Of a stretch of DNA of 64,000 nt, positions 26,360-35,584 are shown one piece after another. Source of the DNA: Candidatus Heimdallarchaeota archaeon (GTDB lineage Archaea; Asgardarchaeota; Heimdallarchaeia; Heimdallarchaeales; Heimdallarchaeaceae); contig JAEOSZ010000066.1 in NCBI GenBank assembly GCA_016840095.1, positions 1 through 64,000 on the forward strand. The letters are read 5' to 3'. The translations under genes were made by a program, and so were the position numbers. How positions within the stretch are numbered: the stretch's first letter is position 1; each line of letters starts with the position of its first letter. The notes under the pieces are model-generated. The model saw only the letters and a list, made by a program, of their open reading frames with translations, was not told the origin of the DNA and ran no database searches.

Positions 26360-27385
26360 TTACTCAGCTCCTTCTTTTTTGTCCTCAGCTTCTGGTTTTT
26401 CTTTGGCCTCGGTTTTAGATTCCTCTTTAGGGATCTCTTTGATTTCAGGTTTAGGGACAGTTTTAGGTTCTTCCTTAACTTCGACTTTAGGTTCTTCCTT
26501 AACTTCGACTTTAGGTTCTTCCTTAACTTCGACTTTAGGTTCTTCCTTAACTTCAGCTTTAGGTTCCTCTTTAACTTCAGCTTTAGGTTTTTCCATTATT
26601 TCTGCCTTAATTTCTGTTTCAACAGCTTCAGCCTCTGTAACAATTTCTTCTGCAACTTCAGCTCTGATATCTGCATATTTCTGTTTTAATGCATCCCTTT
26701 GTATCTCAAAAATATCTTTGCACCCTTTGATAGCTAAATCTAAACTTTCTTCAAACTGTTCAACTGTAAAGACTCCATCTAACTGAAGCAAAGATATTTC
26801 ATCTAAAGTAGGAGCATATCCTAATGGTAAATCACCAGATCCTTTTTGATCTTCTAAATCAAACAAATCCAGTATGGGTTTATCATTTGCTAATCCAGCT
26901 GCTACTGAAGCAACTATTCCTCTCATTGGTACTCCTGCATCAGCTAATGCAACGGATGCTGCTGTTAAACTAGCACAACGAGTACCTCCATCAGCTTGAA
27001 GTATTTGTAAGTATACATCTATTGTTGTTCTAGGGTACTTCTCTGTTAAAACAACCGAAGACAAAGAATCAGCGATAATCATCGAAATTTCTTTTTCTCT
27101 CCTTGAAGGAGCAGGACTTTTTCTATCATTTACTGAAAAAGTTGACATCCGATAAAAACACTGAATTAATGCTCTATCTGGTAGTGCTCTGTGTTTTGGA
27201 TGCAATTCTCTTGGTCCATAAACCGCTGCAATAATAATATTTTTTCCCATACGAATTTCTGCAGAACCATCTGCATTTTTCAATACACCAATTTTAATAC
27301 TTATTGGACGTAGTTCATCTAATTTTCGCCCATCTACTCTTTTTCCTTTTTCATCTATTAGCTGGACGGTTCCATCTCCTGCCAT
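26360..27385 (-). CDS. rrp41: Exosome complex exonuclease Rrp41 with repetitive C-terminal extension
   Basis: RVDGRKLDELRP, ADGSA, VYGPRE, SRREKEIS, LQADGGTR, ALADAG. Confidence 0.96.
   Translation of the reverse strand: MAGDGTVQLIDEKGKRVDGRKLDELRPISIKIGVLKNADGSAEIRMGKNIIIAAVYGPRELHPKHRALPDRALIQCFYRMSTFSVNDRKSPAPSRREKEISMIIADSLSSVVLTEKYPRTTIDVYLQILQADGGTRCASLTAASVALADAGVPMRGIVASVAAGLANDKPILDLFDLEDQKGSGDLPLGYAPTLDEISLLQLDGVFTVEQFEESLDLAIKGCKDIFEIQRDALKQKYADIRAEVAEEIVTEAEAVETEIKAEIMEKPKAEVKEEPKAEVKEEPKVEVKEEPKVEVKEEPKVEVKEEPKTVPKPEIKEIPKEESKTEAKEKPEAEDKKEGAE
26462..26589. repeat. 24-bp tandem repeat (about 5.3 copies) encoding EEPK[V/A]EVK in the Rrp41 tail
   Basis: Unit TTTAGGTTCTTCCTTAACTTCGAC at 26462, 26486, 26510; variants at 26534, 26558; partial at 26582. 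Confidence 0.95.
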
Positions 27386-27389
27386 AATA

Positions 27390-28091
27390 TTACACCTCTT
27401 TTTCTGTTTGACCGTTAGATAACATATCGCGTATTCTGTCAGTTAATCCTTGTGTATGTGCTTCTAACTCTATTTTTCTAATTGATTCAATGGCCTTCAT
27501 TTCATCTTCAGGTTTTTTACCATGAATCCAAACTCTTCCATTTTGACCAGTTATAATTTGTGTTCTTGTAAGTCTCTTAACCATATTAATCATAGTTCCC
27601 TTTTTTCCAATGACTCGAGGGATATGTGCGGCTTCAATAACTATTACTCTTCCGCCTCTTAATTTTCCTAATCCTCTTTCATTTGTGAGTAATGTGGGAT
27701 CTCTGGTTCTGTCAAAACTTGCAATTTTAGTAAGAATAATATCTCCAATATTGAATATTTTTCTAGTATCGTCCTTAACTGGATCAAATCGTTTCTCTGT
27801 TGCATTATTGGCTAATAAAACCGCCGAATAAGGGGAGCCAATATCAACAATCCAATTGGTTAAACCAACTTCTACTACTTTTCCGATTACCAGATCACCA
27901 GATCTAGGTATGTATTTACCCTTTAGAGCTTTAACTTGAATAAATTCTCCTTTATCTTGAAAAAGACCCACAATTGTAGAGTAATAGGAATTTCCTTTCT
28001 TTACGACACCATCGCCTAATCTGAAATTACCTTCGGCTAGTAAATCACCTGGAATAACTATCTCATGATTTTTTACTTTAACAACGGACAT
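27390..28091 (-). CDS. rrp4: Exosome RNA-binding protein Rrp4
   Basis: VIPGD, YIPRSGDLVIG, LGKLRGG, PRVIGKKG, GQNGRVWI, AHTQGLTDRI. Confidence 0.95.
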   Translation of the reverse strand: MSVVKVKNHEIVIPGDLLAEGNFRLGDGVVKKGNSYYSTIVGLFQDKGEFIQVKALKGKYIPRSGDLVIGKVVEVGLTNWIVDIGSPYSAVLLANNATEKRFDPVKDDTRKIFNIGDIILTKIASFDRTRDPTLLTNERGLGKLRGGRVIVIEAAHIPRVIGKKGTMINMVKRLTRTQIITGQNGRVWIHGKKPEDEMKAIESIRKIELEAHTQGLTDRIRDMLSNGQTEKEV

Positions 28092-28113
28092 TATTGATCA
28101 CAATCTTTGTTGT

Positions 28114-28854
28114 TTATTCCGCAAGTCGTTCTAATATTTTGATTTGCGCTTTTCCTTTAGTTCGTGAAGTTACTTGTTCCAAGAAATCTGCCTGAGTACC
28201 AGAGGGAATTTGAGTCACCACAGCTAAACTACCGTCAGATAACCATTCTTCTTGAATTAGATTACCTGCTGATAGTACGAAACCATAAAGTGGTCCAGTA
28301 TAACTTGGAGGTATTTTTACTGCCAGTTTAACAGATTCCAATCGAATTGGCATAACTGGTTTTAGTTGATTAATAATGTCTAAAGCTTGAACTTTTACTT
28401 CTTCTTTGTAATCAATATTAACTCCCAAATCAAGAATGGCATTTTCTATCCTGTCTTTAGGGATAGGGACATTCTCTCGTGGATTTATACAATGAACATG
28501 AATGAAATCAACAATTTCAGTTCTTTTCTCTTTAAGAATTTCATTTCTCTGATCAGCTGTTAACTGAAGCTGACCATCTTGTAATATTTTAACTGCAATT
28601 TCTCTCTCTGTCATTCCTTCAAAAGCAACTTCTAAATCGTCATTTGTTGCTTTAACTCCGCGTGATAAATTTTCATATACAATAAATACTTCAAATATAT
28701 CATCAATTTCAACCTCTTCCCCTTGCAAAAACTTCCATGCAGGTTCTGGATTGACAAGTAATTCATACCTCCTCCCATGTTTTTCCAAACGAACAATTGA
28801 CTTTCCTCGTAAATCTATTCGTCTATCGTGAGTAACTCCTCTGAATTCGCTCAT
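28114..28854 (-). CDS. sdo1: Ribosome maturation protein SDO1/SBDS
   Basis: RYELLV, QLTADQR, INPR, EEWLSDGS; ATG 28854. Confidence 0.93.
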   Translation of the reverse strand: MSEFRGVTHDRRIDLRGKSIVRLEKHGRRYELLVNPEPAWKFLQGEEVEIDDIFEVFIVYENLSRGVKATNDDLEVAFEGMTEREIAVKILQDGQLQLTADQRNEILKEKRTEIVDFIHVHCINPRENVPIPKDRIENAILDLGVNIDYKEEVKVQALDIINQLKPVMPIRLESVKLAVKIPPSYTGPLYGFVLSAGNLIQEEWLSDGSLAVVTQIPSGTQADFLEQVTSRTKGKAQIKILERLAE

Positions 28855-28981
28855 TTTTATCACACTCGAGTAACATAGTAACTTCGCTGATTTTGAGAAC
28901 AATGAAAGCCAGATTTATAAGATTTTTTAAGAATGAGAACAAGAGAAACAAGAAAAAGAATTTGATTTATGGGGATTAAAC

Positions 28982-29494
28982 ATGTCAAATATTCTGATAA
29001 CTGGATATCCTAGAGTTGGGAAGACTACTTTAATCAAAAAAGTTGTTGAAGCAACTGGAAAAAATGTTGTAGGATTTGTAACTTCAGAGATTAAGGAGAG
29101 TAATAGACGGGTAGGATTTAGTATAGAATCTTTTTCAGGTCTTAAACTCATATTAGCTTCAAAGGAAAATACACAAAGCAAATACCGTGTTGCAAGTTAT
29201 GGGGTCTATCTTGAAAATGTTGATGCAATTGTAGATAGAGTTAAGCAGGATTTGGATACTATCGACTATGAAATGATTGTACTAGACGAAATCGGAAAAA
29301 TGGAACTTTTCTCCTCAAAATTCAAAGTATTTGTGGAAAGATGTTTAGAACAGAATTGTGTTTTGGGAACAATAATGCATAGAGACAATAACTACACTAG
29401 CAAAATTAAAAACAGATCAGATATTGTTATCTATCAGCTTACTGAAAAAAACAGAGGACATGCTGAAAAAGATATTATTAAGATGATGATGTAA
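28982..29494 (+). CDS. Nucleoside-triphosphatase THEP1/NTPCR family
   Basis: ITGYPRVGKTT, GF.T.EI, RVGF, DEIGKME. Confidence 0.92.
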   Translation: MSNILITGYPRVGKTTLIKKVVEATGKNVVGFVTSEIKESNRRVGFSIESFSGLKLILASKENTQSKYRVASYGVYLENVDAIVDRVKQDLDTIDYEMIVLDEIGKMELFSSKFKVFVERCLEQNCVLGTIMHRDNNYTSKIKNRSDIVIYQLTEKNRGHAEKDIIKMMM

Positions 29495-30343
29495 ATGCCA
29501 GAAGGACCAGAAGTAGAATGTACAAGACTTTCTTTGAAGAAATTCGAATCTATGAAAGTTTCAAAGTTAGAATTAACTCAGCTTTCACAGAAATACAATA
29601 AATATAAAGGAAAGCAAGGATTTTTTGAAGAATTCAATGGTAAAATACTTACAGAAATTGAAAGAAGGGGAAAATTCCTTATATGGCATTTTAATTTCCC
29701 AAAAGTCATTTTGAATCATTTAGGAATGTCTGGACACTGGATTAATCTGAAGAGCAAGAAAATACCTTCGAACATTACTCATCCAAAGATTATAATTTCA
29801 TTTGAAGATGAAGAAGAAACTACAATATTCGAAGATATTAGGAATTTCGGACAATTCAGGATTTATGGCAAATACCAAGAAGTTTTAGACTATATGCCAA
29901 TAAGAAAACTAGGACCAGATGGTCTGAAAATTCCTTTTCCTAAAAACGAATTCTATAAAAATTTGAAACAGAATAGATATGAAAATAAGGAAATTGGAAG
30001 AGTTCTTCTTGATCAAAGTTTAATTGCTGGTGTAGGAAACATATACAAGTCTGAATCCTTGGCTTTAGCAAAAATAGATCCAAAGAGGTTAGTAAAAAAA
30101 CTCAACGATAATGAAATTGAGAGATTGGGCAAATCAATATCATTTACTCTTCAGAAAGCTGTTAAAAGTATGGGGAGCACAATTCAAACGTATAAAACAT
30201 CTTTAGGAGAGGAAGCTTCAGGTCAAAGTTGGCACAAAGTTTATGCAAAAGCGGGAATGAAATGTGATACTTGTGGAAGTGAGATTTTAAGGATAGTTCA
30301 AGATAAAAGAAGTACATTTTATTGTGAAAACTGTCAAAAATAA
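29495..30343 (+). CDS. mutM: Fpg/Nei family DNA glycosylase/AP lyase
   Basis: N-terminal PEGPEV, RRGKF, HLGMSG, DIRNFG, LGPD, H2TH LLDQ..AGVGNIYKSE, zinc finger CDTC..RSTFYCENCQ. Confidence 0.9.
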   Translation: MPEGPEVECTRLSLKKFESMKVSKLELTQLSQKYNKYKGKQGFFEEFNGKILTEIERRGKFLIWHFNFPKVILNHLGMSGHWINLKSKKIPSNITHPKIIISFEDEEETTIFEDIRNFGQFRIYGKYQEVLDYMPIRKLGPDGLKIPFPKNEFYKNLKQNRYENKEIGRVLLDQSLIAGVGNIYKSESLALAKIDPKRLVKKLNDNEIERLGKSISFTLQKAVKSMGSTIQTYKTSLGEEASGQSWHKVYAKAGMKCDTCGSEILRIVQDKRSTFYCENCQK

Positions 30344-30398
30344 TGAACTTACTTATTATCTGCAAAAAAATTATAATAAAGATATCATTCTTTTAGTC

Positions 30399-32387
30399 AT
30401 GAATCTTCTGGAACTAATTAACAAAACAGCTCTTGAATTATCTGGAGAAAGAGCAAAGCGAACAACTCATTACCTTAGCACATTTCATCGAATTCAAGCA
30501 AGTAAGGAATTTCACACAGTACTGGAACATATCCAGAATGAATTAACAAGTATAGGTGATGAATACTCCCAAATCCACGAATATATAGCGGATGGAACTA
30601 AACAATATTATGATTGGGAAACACCTATTTCATGGGATATAGACGATGGAACCCTGGAGTTACTTGAACCAACCCAAAAAATGCTTTGTAGATTTTCTGA
30701 AGTACCTGAAAGTGTTTGTACTCATTCTAAATCAGTGAATCTTATTACCGAAGTAGTTCATGTGGGAAAAGGTAAGGAAGAAGATTTCAAAGACATTGAC
30801 GTAAAAGGCAAAGTAGTACTAACAACCGCAGGTCCAAGAACTATGATTGAAAGGTTATCAAAGCATGGAGCTATAGGAATTATCGCCTATCCCTCTGAAC
30901 AGAGAGCTCAAGGTCATCAAGAGATGATACAGTATGTAGGATTATGGCCTCGAGCTGAAAATGTAGAGCAATCAACATTTGGTTTTTCACTTTCTAGAAA
31001 GCAAGCTTTAGAACTCATAGAGTTCATGAATAAAGGAAAACCAGTGAAAATTAAAGCAGATATCAAAGCTGAACTATACAAAGGTAAAATGCATGTTCTT
31101 TCTACAAAAATTAAAGGAGATAAATACCCAGAAGAAGAAATTATTGTGATAGCTCATATCTGTCATCCAGCTCCCTCAGCTAATGATAATGCTTCCGGAA
31201 GTGCATTATTGCTTGAAACATACAGAACAATAATGACCATGATTGAAAAAGGAGTCATAAACCATCCTGAACGTACAATTAGATTCTTATGGGTACCTGA
31301 ATTCCATGGTACAATACCATGGATTATGGAACAAGAGAAAAAAGATACTTTCAAACCTTTGTTCTGCATAAATTTAGACATGGTTGGTGAACATCCAGCT
31401 TTGGTTGGTTATCCATTCACTGTAAATAAAGCAAGTATCTCAACACCCACTTTTATCAATGATTTGATAACTGAATGCATTGAGCACGTAAAAGATAATC
31501 CAATTGCAATAGAACAAGGAGGATGGCAATTTCCTTGGAATTACAGGATTAAACCTTTTGCAGGAGGTTCAGACCACTTACTATTTAATGATGCACCTTT
31601 AAGAATTCCTTCAGTAATGTTTGGTCATTCGGATACTTACCATCATACTAATTTGGATACCATAGAAAAAGTGGATCAAACTACTTTGAAAAGAGTCGGT
31701 ATAGTGACTGCGTGTACAGTTATATCAAGCTGTTATAGAGATGAATTTGCAAAGGAAATTCAAAAAGTATTTCTTAAAGGTATAGAAAAAAGAAAAGGTT
31801 CATTTCTTCAGATGATAACAAATGAATTAGAACTATCAGCAAATATTTCTGATGATGAAAAAAAAGAAAAGGAATTAACAATTCTAAATCTTCTAATGTT
31901 TTATGTGGAATTTGAGAAAGCAGGTCTTCATTCAATTGATAACTTGTTTAGTAATTTGAATTCTCAAATCACAAAACTAACAAATAAGAACCTAGAATAC
32001 TTTGAAGATCATACCTATGATTTAACCAATATTCAACAAATTGAAGAAAAAGAGGATACATTTGATCAGCAACTTGGATCTGTACCAAAAAGACTCTGGA
32101 AAGGACCGTTTAGTGGTGGAATACTGTACAAAACAATGGATGATTTAGAATCTCTAAAAGAGAAAAATCTTTCTGAAAATCAGATATCAGATATTCAAGA
32201 TTTTTCCAAAATAATGATGTCAAATTATGGAGGTTTAATGTTCGACATTATAAACATGATTGATGATAAAAGAAGTATTCTCGAAATTGCACTAAAATCA
32301 TGTTTGATTGAATGGAAGATTATTAATCCAAGAGTAATTGGTAGTTTCTTTGAATTACTTAGGAATCTTGAACTAGTGGAATATTAA
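30399..32387 (+). CDS. M28 family aminopeptidase-like protein (DUF4910-like) with PA domain
   Basis: AHICHP..ANDNASG, PE..GT, INLDMVG, GGSDH, YHHTNLD. Confidence 0.85.
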   Translation: MNLLELINKTALELSGERAKRTTHYLSTFHRIQASKEFHTVLEHIQNELTSIGDEYSQIHEYIADGTKQYYDWETPISWDIDDGTLELLEPTQKMLCRFSEVPESVCTHSKSVNLITEVVHVGKGKEEDFKDIDVKGKVVLTTAGPRTMIERLSKHGAIGIIAYPSEQRAQGHQEMIQYVGLWPRAENVEQSTFGFSLSRKQALELIEFMNKGKPVKIKADIKAELYKGKMHVLSTKIKGDKYPEEEIIVIAHICHPAPSANDNASGSALLLETYRTIMTMIEKGVINHPERTIRFLWVPEFHGTIPWIMEQEKKDTFKPLFCINLDMVGEHPALVGYPFTVNKASISTPTFINDLITECIEHVKDNPIAIEQGGWQFPWNYRIKPFAGGSDHLLFNDAPLRIPSVMFGHSDTYHHTNLDTIEKVDQTTLKRVGIVTACTVISSCYRDEFAKEIQKVFLKGIEKRKGSFLQMITNELELSANISDDEKKEKELTILNLLMFYVEFEKAGLHSIDNLFSNLNSQITKLTNKNLEYFEDHTYDLTNIQQIEEKEDTFDQQLGSVPKRLWKGPFSGGILYKTMDDLESLKEKNLSENQISDIQDFSKIMMSNYGGLMFDIINMIDDKRSILEIALKSCLIEWKIINPRVIGSFFELLRNLELVEY

Positions 32388-32515
32388 CTGAACATATATA
32401 ATGAAGTTACTATCTTCTGAACTGAAAATTAAGTTCAATAAAATCTGTTTTGGAACTTCCTACCTTTAGCAATGTTTTTTTATACATTAAAACAAAAGTT
32501 ACTTGTAGATTTAAA

Positions 32516-33376
32516 ATGGCAAAAGATGAAGTAAAATCCTTGGTGAATTCTGTTAATATGGTAAAAAACATGGTTGAAAGCATCGTTTCAGCTGTTCAAG
32601 AAAGATTCAAAGATTATGATAACGTTGTTGTGTCATTAAAAGAAAGGATTGAGAATTTAGAAAACAAAATCACTGCATTAGAACAAGGAGGAACTCCTGT
32701 TGGAGCAACAGTTACTCCAGATCTATCACATTTAGGTAAAAGGATAGATGGTCTTAATGAAAGGATTTTGTTAATCGAAGCAACTAGAAGTGTTCAACAA
32801 GATCCTGCAGTTGAACCAGCAGATGTTCAGACCTTTAAAGAAATTGCAGAAAAAGAGACAAAGCCAGAACCTGTTGCTGAAATGCCAACAGCACCTTCAG
32901 CTCCAGCACCAGTACCTGATGTCATCGCCACAGAACCAGAGCCTGTTGAGGAAAAACAATTTGTTCCTCCAACTGTCGAGGCTCCTTCTATACCAACACC
33001 AACACCACCACCTGCAATTCGTAGTACTGCACCTGAACCTGAAGTAATACCTGAAATTCCAGTAGTTGAAGAAGCTCCAGCTCAACCTGATATTCCAGCT
33101 CCATCCGCATTTCCTAAACCTGCAACTCAAGTTACAGAACCTGCAGAGAGAGATGTCAGCCCAATATCCAGAGAAGTTTCTGGAAGTATTCCTGCACCAC
33201 CCTCTCAAGTTGAAGAATCAACTCATCAACCACAAGCAGTTCAACCTCCTGTACCAAAAGTAGATGATGATGCTGCAGCTCCAGAAGAGAAAAAATCAGC
33301 AGAATTATTCGGTGAGGCTGTCAGTGGAGATAAAGCTGAACTTCTGAAAGCTCTTAAGAAATTGGAAGATCTGTAA
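32516..33376 (+). CDS. Coiled-coil / proline-rich protein with short C-terminal amphipathic helix
   Basis: N-terminal heptads LKERIENLENKITALE; P/A/E/V-rich centre; C-terminal DKAELLKALKKLEDL. Confidence 0.75.
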   Translation: MAKDEVKSLVNSVNMVKNMVESIVSAVQERFKDYDNVVVSLKERIENLENKITALEQGGTPVGATVTPDLSHLGKRIDGLNERILLIEATRSVQQDPAVEPADVQTFKEIAEKETKPEPVAEMPTAPSAPAPVPDVIATEPEPVEEKQFVPPTVEAPSIPTPTPPPAIRSTAPEPEVIPEIPVVEEAPAQPDIPAPSAFPKPATQVTEPAERDVSPISREVSGSIPAPPSQVEESTHQPQAVQPPVPKVDDDAAAPEEKKSAELFGEAVSGDKAELLKALKKLEDL

Positions 33377-33423
33377 TAATTGTCTATAGTAAATTTCATA
33401 TAGCAATTACAGATTTTTGCTTA

Positions 33424-34482
33424 ATGGCAACTGTAACACCAGTAGTTATTTACATATTATCTTTTTTTATTCCCTTTATTATAACGTTGGCAGGATTACC
33501 TCTACATATAAAAATAATGCAAAGAAGAGGAATCGTTGGGGTGGATATTCACAAAAAAGAAAAACCTAAGGTTGCAGAAAGAGGAGGAATTGTAATATTA
33601 GTTTCTATAATTCTATCTTCAGTTCTGATGATTATCCTAGTTGATGATAATGAACTAAGATTATCTATAGGTATATTTTGTATTACTGTTACAATTGCTG
33701 GTGTGATAGGTTTAATTGACGATATAGTAAATCTGAGTGCTATTCTAAAACCATTTTTACTTCTTTTTGCTTCAATTCCAATATTTGCATCTAAAAGATA
33801 TACGCCGGAACCAATCCTACCATTTATAGGTAAAACAAGACTGAATATAGCCTATCTTATACTATTGCCTTTCGTAGTTGCTGTTCCAGCAAACTCAGTT
33901 AATATGTTAGATGTATTCAATGGGACTATGGCAGCAACCACAATTATAGTGTTAATCGCAGTTGTCTTCTCCAATTTAATCGTCTTTGGTAATGGTTTAG
34001 ATCCACTTAATGATGCTGGGCTATCAGAATCAGGATTAACCTATATTTTCATCCTAATCATGATTGGTACAGTATTTGCATTTTGGATATTCAATCGTTA
34101 TCCTGCTAAAGTTTTTGGGGGAGATACAGGGAGTCTAGCCATCGGAGGAGCTTTGGGAGCTATTGCAGTTATGGGGAGATTGGAAGTAGTTGTTATCATT
34201 GCTATGATACCTTTCATTATGAATGCATTTGGAATAATTAGTAGTGTTAAAGGTTTATTAGAAAGAAGAGAGATGGCAAGACCAACAAAGATGACAGAAG
34301 ATTGGAAAATTGAATCAACTAGAGATAAAAAGGCACCAATAACTCTAGTAGGGTTAGTTATTCAAAACGGCCCTCTTCATGAGAAAGAAGTCGTTAAAAC
34401 ATTCAATATCCTAACCATAATCAGTGGTATTCTTGCTATAGTTATTGCAGTTTTAACTAATCTATCGGGGGTAGTAACATGA
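33424..34482 (+). CDS. UDP-GlcNAc:dolichyl-phosphate GlcNAc-1-phosphate transferase (AglH/GPT, MraY-like)
   Basis: GVDIHK..KP.VAE.GG, GLIDD, NSVNMLD.FNG, NRYPAKVFGGDTG; multi-TM. Confidence 0.88.
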   Translation: MATVTPVVIYILSFFIPFIITLAGLPLHIKIMQRRGIVGVDIHKKEKPKVAERGGIVILVSIILSSVLMIILVDDNELRLSIGIFCITVTIAGVIGLIDDIVNLSAILKPFLLLFASIPIFASKRYTPEPILPFIGKTRLNIAYLILLPFVVAVPANSVNMLDVFNGTMAATTIIVLIAVVFSNLIVFGNGLDPLNDAGLSESGLTYIFILIMIGTVFAFWIFNRYPAKVFGGDTGSLAIGGALGAIAVMGRLEVVVIIAMIPFIMNAFGIISSVKGLLERREMARPTKMTEDWKIESTRDKKAPITLVGLVIQNGPLHEKEVVKTFNILTIISGILAIVIAVLTNLSGVVT

Positions 34483-34808
34483 ATATCTTACACACTACAT
34501 CAAAATTCATAAAGAACATTGGATCAGGATTGAAGGATTATTTCAAGCTTACACCAAGACTTGCAAAGTTAATTGGTTTAGAAATCTTTGTTTTTGGTGC
34601 ATTTGTAGGCATTTGTGTAGTAATCAGTGAGGGTGTAATGAAAATACCTGATTCTCCACAGCCAGGATTAAACTTCCTATTTGCTGCATTGAAAGTAGGT
34701 ATTAGTCTTCTTCTAATTGGTTTATGGTTAGGAGCTTGGTACTATATAACAAAAAGACTAATGAAAAATGATAGTAAAGAAGATAAGGAAAAAGAAGAAA
34801 ATAATTGA
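34479..34808 (+). CDS. Small membrane protein (2 TM)
   Basis: ATGA overlap with upstream gene; two hydrophobic segments. Confidence 0.65.
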   Translation: MNILHTTSKFIKNIGSGLKDYFKLTPRLAKLIGLEIFVFGAFVGICVVISEGVMKIPDSPQPGLNFLFAALKVGISLLLIGLWLGAWYYITKRLMKNDSKEDKEKEENN

Positions 34809-34810
34809 AA

Positions 34811-35476
34811 CTATATTTTAGTCTCTAAGAGATACAATCTCTTCTTCAAATTATAGAACCTTTTAGCAAATTCTAAACTAGAGATATCATAGTCCTCAAA
34901 TTGTTGTTCTATAGCAAAAAGCTCACTTTCAACATTCAAAATTTCATCTTCAAGATGCTTTTGTTTTTCTTGTTGTAAAGTTCTATTTGTCAACTGTTGG
35001 GTTTGTTTGTTCTTGATTTCATTCAAGATTTTTTTCTTGTCTTCAAGAATTATAGCCAACTGCTCTTTTTGAGAGATTATAGGAGTAAGTTGTTCTTGAG
35101 AATCAACTGTTTCTATCTCTTTTTCTACACATCTTGCTGGAACTTTTTGGAATAGTCTTAATAATTCTACAATTACTTGGAATAAATGATAACTGTCTCT
35201 CCAACGAGCTAGCATTCTCATTTCGAGAACACCATCAGGTGTCATATTTGGATGGGTGATTGGACTGAGAATCTGAACAACAGGAGGAAATTCAGGAAAA
35301 TTCTCTGGTAATTTTATTTCGACATCAACGAATATTTCTCCTTCATTTGTAATTACTGGAACAAATCCCTTCCAAGTTGTTAAATCACCATCTTTCGGCT
35401 CGAAAGCATAAGCTCTCTCCATTACAAGACTATATTCTTTTGCTAGGACACTATCTGGAACAGGCATAATATACAC
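34811..35476 (-). CDS. UEV domain, coiled coil and steadiness-box protein (Vps23/TSG101-Vps37-like, ESCRT-I)
   Basis: E2 fold WKG..IKLPENFPEFPP...ITHPNM..DGVL with Glu at the catalytic Cys position; coiled coil; FE..DI...EF.KRF..LK tail. Confidence 0.8.
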   Translation of the reverse strand: MYIMPVPDSVLAKEYSLVMERAYAFEPKDGDLTTWKGFVPVITNEGEIFVDVEIKLPENFPEFPPVVQILSPITHPNMTPDGVLEMRMLARWRDSYHLFQVIVELLRLFQKVPARCVEKEIETVDSQEQLTPIISQKEQLAIILEDKKKILNEIKNKQTQQLTNRTLQQEKQKHLEDEILNVESELFAIEQQFEDYDISSLEFAKRFYNLKKRLYLLETKI

Positions 35477-35584
35477 CTTACTTTCGATATTCTATTTCAC
35501 AAGGACTTATTTATAGATTCGCTTTCAAATCTTAACCTATAACTCAACTCTAAATTTTTAAATCAACTATTCAGTTTACTCCTA

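Noticed and set aside
26462-26589. 24-bp repeats as a CRISPR array
   Set aside because: Contiguous without spacers, in frame within rrp41, and no cas operon.
34811-35476. Active E2 ubiquitin-conjugating enzyme
   Set aside because: Catalytic Cys position after the HPN motif is Glu.
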